Below, in pieces: positions 59,442 through 64,000 of a DNA stretch of 64,000 nt. The notes under the pieces were generated by a model, which made no database searches, was not told the DNA's origin, and was given only the letters and a program-made list of their open reading frames with translations. A program made the translations under genes and the position numbers. The stretch lies in the NCBI GenBank assembly GCA_036172245.1, contig JAYWIR010000029.1, positions 2,046,001 to 2,110,000 of the forward strand, given 5' to 3'. The DNA comes from Raillietiella orientalis (taxonomy: Eukaryota). How positions within the stretch are numbered: the stretch's first letter is position 1; every line of letters begins with the position of its first letter.

Positions 59442-61839
59442 TGGAGGACGAGGAGGAGAAGAAGGCTAAAGGAGGCCAGGGTAGTCGAGCGAAACGGCAG
59501 GGGTTTCCCCTGATCTCAGCAGCAGCAACAACAGCAGTAGCTTGCAGAGGAGCACCGGAGCGAAGGCGCCCTCTGGAAGCTCTGCTCCTCTGGAAGCACC
59601 GGGCGCCGCTTCTCAGAAAACGGCGGCGGAAGCCAGCTTCAGCGTCTGGTGGACACTGCAAGAGATTTCGGCTTCAGCGTCGGCGCTTCCTCGCGCACGA
59701 CGGACTTTCGCGTGGCTCGGCGAGATCACGCGAGCACCATCTTGGAGGGAAAGTTTCCTAGCAGCCGCCTTCATGATGACTGCCACATGATGGCCCCGTT
59801 TACCTGGAAAGTCCCCAGATGATCCCCTGTATCGTGCGGGGGCTGTCACGGGGAAGGGGTGTACCAATCCCTGTCCTTTTCCTCCTGGCCCGGACTCACC
59901 ACTCGTCTACGGGACACCCCATGGGCTCTTCATTTGTTTTCCAGTTGTCTATAGGTCCACTCTTTTCTCCTTCTTCCAGGAAGTGGACGTCCCGGCGTGA
60001 CCGGTCGACTCTTCCCGGGGAGGAAGAACCCGCTTTGTTTCCTTCCTCTAGGAAGCTCGGCCACCTGCACGTGATTGCTCGACTTTCGGAAACGGCCCGA
60101 GCGCATCTCCGGAACGCGCAGGCGCCGCCTCCACCGTTCAGCGCCTGGTGCGGAGTTGCGTGCAGAGCAAGCGACGACGAGGACTCGCGCGTACGCATGC
60201 GACCAACTCGCTCAGGAGGAATGGCACACAGACGCGTCTCGTGTGCGTTCCTCCGCGAGGGAAGAGGCGGGACTCGACAGGCGCGAAAGAGTACCGATGG
60301 ATTCTCCCAGGAGCGGGGAGCTCTCCCGTTGGACTGGAAATTAGCCGGCCGGAGAAGATCCGCGCAGTCTACCCGGAAGGGCGTTCCTGAGCGCAGCTCC
60401 GCGGGAGTACGGGATCGGAAGAACCAGCGGGAGGAGAGAGGGATAGATCGGCGCGCGCGTCCCGACTCTCACAGATCGCGACGGGATCTCCCGCATTAGG
60501 CGACCTTCCCGAATTCCGGAAGAGAGCCCTAGAGAAGGCGACTGCAGCGCTCAGTCGGTAGAGGGGCTAAGCCGGAACAATTCGAGGGTGCCCCAGAGGC
60601 TCCGCCGTCCACCGGCGTTCTGCGAGAAATTGGCTGGTCATCGAGGAAGGCAAAACAAAGTTCGCCTTTCGGCGGCTGCTCGGGATGCTGGAAGTCCGGC
60701 GACCCGCCTGCAGGATTCTGCCATCCTCCCGAAAAAGCTCAGAGGGATGAGCGTGGAGAAAGAGAAGGGGTCCTGGATGCAGGAGAGGAGCGGAAAGAAA
60801 GCGTCACTGGTATGCAAGCAAAAGACTCAGAAGACCCTAGTAAGGCGATCCATTAGCGAGGGAGGAGAAACTCCTTTCAAAGGTCCCCACTCAAGGACAT
60901 GCATCTGCGTCCGGAGGAATCGCAATCACAACAGGAGAAGGCGCTCTTCCAAAGAAGAGGAGGGAAGTGCCTGCAGCGAGACAACTACCAAGCGTTCTGG
61001 AAAGTTCGCTCTGCACTCGAGGTGTGTTTGCCTTACCAAAGAGATGTCGGGGCGGCAGCAGGGTGCGAGGCGCATCTTTGTCGTCCTGAAGAACCTTTGA
61101 ACTCCCCGTGCCCTCGAGTGGAAAACCAGATAGTGGTAGAGGGGGGTTGGGGGGGGGGGGGAATTGAGGAAAAAAGTGACAGGCAGAGAGCGAGCCTCGC
61201 CCGGTGGCTGTTCCGACACGGGAAAAGGGAGCACGGAAAGGAAATCACCTTCTTCAGGCGTTCAAACTCGAGATCATGATGAGCGCAGCAAGACTTGTTT
61301 CCGGATTAGGTGCTCTAATGATAGAAACCTGCGTTCGGGAACCCGACAAAAGTTGGCGTTTCGTAGGTGGATGCCCAAGGGCCGATCTAAAGCAAATGGA
61401 ACATCGAAGCTTCACTTGCAGCAAGGCCGATAGATGCCTGTATATATGGGAGAATTTCTTCTCGTGGAAGATTTGGACGCTTCCCCCCCTCCCCCCTTCT
61501 TCTCCATTCTTTTTTTTTTTTTAAAGGCGGTAGTGACCTCACGAGCAGGTAGCTGCTTGTTGGCCTGGGATGACGGAAATCCTCCGCGTTCTTCGATTTG
61601 CTGCTGCTTTCCTCGCAGCTTTTCTTTCTTTCCTTTCGGTTTTCCTTCTTTTTCGGTTCGCTAAATACTCGAGAATCGTTCATTCCCCTGGGGGCATCGG
61701 AGGGTGGTTCGACCATGCCGCCACAGAGGCTCGTCTTAAAAGCACTGCCTCCCTACCCGAGAGTGCGCGCAAGTCGATCAGTCAGGGAGGAAAACACCGA
61801 AGAAACCATCCTGATGAAAAAAGTCCCGAGGATAGGGTC

Positions 61840-62030
61840 CGCTCCCTTTCACTCTCGGGAGGAGAATCCTCTTCCTCCTTGTCTCCGAAGGGGGCCACAA
61901 AGGGGACGCTTCCAGTTTTCCCAAGGAAACGCGTTTCTCACATCCTGGAGAGGAGGCCCTCGAGGAAGGGGTTCGCTTCATGTCGCAACCCCAAAGGAGG
62001 ACCCCGAATTTCTACGAATCCCGGAAGGGA
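61840..62030 (-). mobile_element. Possible body fragment of the same SINE-like family
   Basis: Exact 15-mer CCCCTTCGGAGACAA shared with 33072-33086, with similar flanking GCGTCCCCTTTG motif. Confidence 0.3.
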
Positions 62031-64000
62031 CCTCCGGAGGATCTACTCCAGGTTCTCGAATCAGGTTCGGGGTTCGAATCAGCGGGTGCAGCTGGTCCGC
62101 GGTGCTCCCGACGGCTCAGTGCCGCAGCCACACGGTCCTTCGAATGCCCCCTCGGAGAGAGAGAGGGAGGAACACGTGTTTCCGAGCATCTCCGGGGAGG
62201 ATCTTCTTCCAGGCTCAGTTTCTTCAGACTGTTTGAGTATCGCTGGCGCCCTAACGCAACTCTTGCATTTCGATCGCAGCGATCCGGCGTCCCAGTCCCT
62301 GCGGAGCTCAGGAAAGGATCCTCAGAGATGAAGGATACGAGAATCGCATCTTAGGAAGGAGGTCACGAGGTCCAAACCCTCCTAGAGGTTTCTCGTAGTG
62401 TCCCGAAGCAGGTTTCGGGAAAGCAAGGTACAACAGCATGTGGAACGAAAGCGGTGGAGGCGGACCCAGAAAACGCCGTCTTTCTCACGTCACTCACTGA
62501 GGGTTTTTTTCTCGCCGGGGACACCCATCGGGTGGCCAGGGATGACGCTTCATCAGAATTGCGCGCAACTGCGAAAGTGAAAGTCCAGAGTTGTTTCCAA
62601 GTCGGTCCGACTCCTTTCGGGTCGAAGAAGAATGTAGAACTGCCATCTCCCTCCAACTCTCTCCCTCTGACGCAGGCAGAGGGAGAAGTATAAAAAAACA
62701 CATGCACACAGACAGGTAGAAGAAGAAGAGGAAGGAGAAAAAGAAGAAGAAGAAGAGAAAAAATTAGATGTTTGGCAAGTGTTTTTTCCAGAGCCAGACA
62801 CAGTGGGTGCCAGCCCGCACCCGACTTTGTCGGCTTCCAGTTAGCCCGTGTTCTGCTGCAAAGTTTGCGGCAACAGGATCGGTACAGTCAAGGGAATTTT
62901 CTCAGACATCTAAGCAAAATCGTTTTTTTTTAAATAAATAATAAATAAACTTTGCAGTCCTTTAAAATTTGCAACATGTACAATCACGTTCACATCTAAT
63001 TTAATTCTACTGAAAAGAGTCATCAGTGTACAGCGTCATCTCTAGCACGAGCAGTTTGCAGCATACCTGATCGATCTTCCGGTCCAGCCATTACACCCAA
63101 CACGACATAAAGTGTTTGTAGCGTAATCTTCGCGAGAGAACTGAAGGTCTGATTCAATTTAGGGACACCACAAGAGCTCCGAGCAGGCAAGTAGTCCTCC
63201 ATAACACTCGTGCACGGGGTTTCCGACAGATGGGATTTTCCCATCCGTCGGAATCCATCCCTTCCACCTTTCTTCCCTCGAGGTTGGCTGCTGCGAGAGT
63301 CTGGGGTGTTCCATCGGAACTTTTTTCCTCCTCCTCCTTTTACCCCCTTGTGCAGTTACCATCTCTCTCCTGGCTCCCAACGAATCCCGGCTTGCCTGCC
63401 GCGCGACAGTAATTCATCCCAGTGAATAGAAACCTGTCCGGGACACTGCAAGTCCGAGAGTGGTGATGCGGGCTGGCACCCACTATGTCTGGCTCTGCAT
63501 CACCATCCCGTTTTCCTTCTTTGCTGCGCTTTCCGCTTTCCTTGAGGGAGAGATGAGCGCCCGGTGATTCTTGAATTGGTTGCTCCACCCCATTGTTGCA
63601 CTGCTTCTGACACACAGATACACTGTCCGCTGCAAGGAAGAGATCGCCGCCATGCGCTGCTCCCTTGCGATCGCCGGGGTGATCCTTCCGAGTTCAAAGT
63701 CAGCATCTCAAAGATACCAGAAATTTCCGAGGTCGGGAAGGGTCCCCTGAGTTCAAGGGAAGGAAGCAGCAGGGTGAACCAGGAGGTGGGAACCACCTCC
63801 TTCGGATCCCGTGGCAGGGGAGCTTCTTGCACGCCGAAAGTGAAAGGATTCCCGAAGCTTGGTCTTCATGAAAGCGTTGTCAAAGCGCCATCTTTGCAGG
63901 TCTTACTAGGACCGGTGCGGCAACCGATTCATCCAGACAGTGTCTGATGGACCGCCTAAAGGTTGAAGGAAGGCTAGTGAATTGACGGAGCTGCTCAACC

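Noticed and set aside
62900..64000. Coding exons of a further cluster protease at the right edge
   Set aside because: No protease motifs found; the region may be the 3' UTR of a gene outside the window, but this cannot be supported here

Overview
GC-rich eukaryotic DNA, almost certainly arthropod (species not determinable by eye), with short 45-76 nt introns and many GA/CT low-complexity tracts. Nearly all long ORFs in the supplied track are GC-content or low-complexity artefacts. Manual splicing reconstructs two paralogous minus-strand clip-domain (Stubble/Notopleural-type) trypsin-like serine protease genes in tandem. Gene 1 (core 629-5214, resembling Drosophila CG8172) has up to three candidate hydrophobic N-terminal modules, at about 5.4, 10.5 and 15.5 kb. 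Gene 2 (37497-46175, probably starting in a 33-nt micro-exon at 52.2 kb, resembling CG13744) is a probable type II membrane protease. Both have intact His-Asp-Ser triads. Non-genic features: a dispersed tRNA-derived SINE-like family (3 clear copies plus 1 fragment), a 4 x 85-bp minisatellite with decayed flanking units, two perfect 15-16 bp hairpins and microsatellites. The most interesting candidates are the possible alternative N-termini of gene 1, several non-canonical splice sites (GC donor, AAG/GAG acceptors) and the SINE family. No CRISPR, rRNA, intact tRNA or transposase was found. Orthology statements come from recalled sequence motifs, not from a database search.
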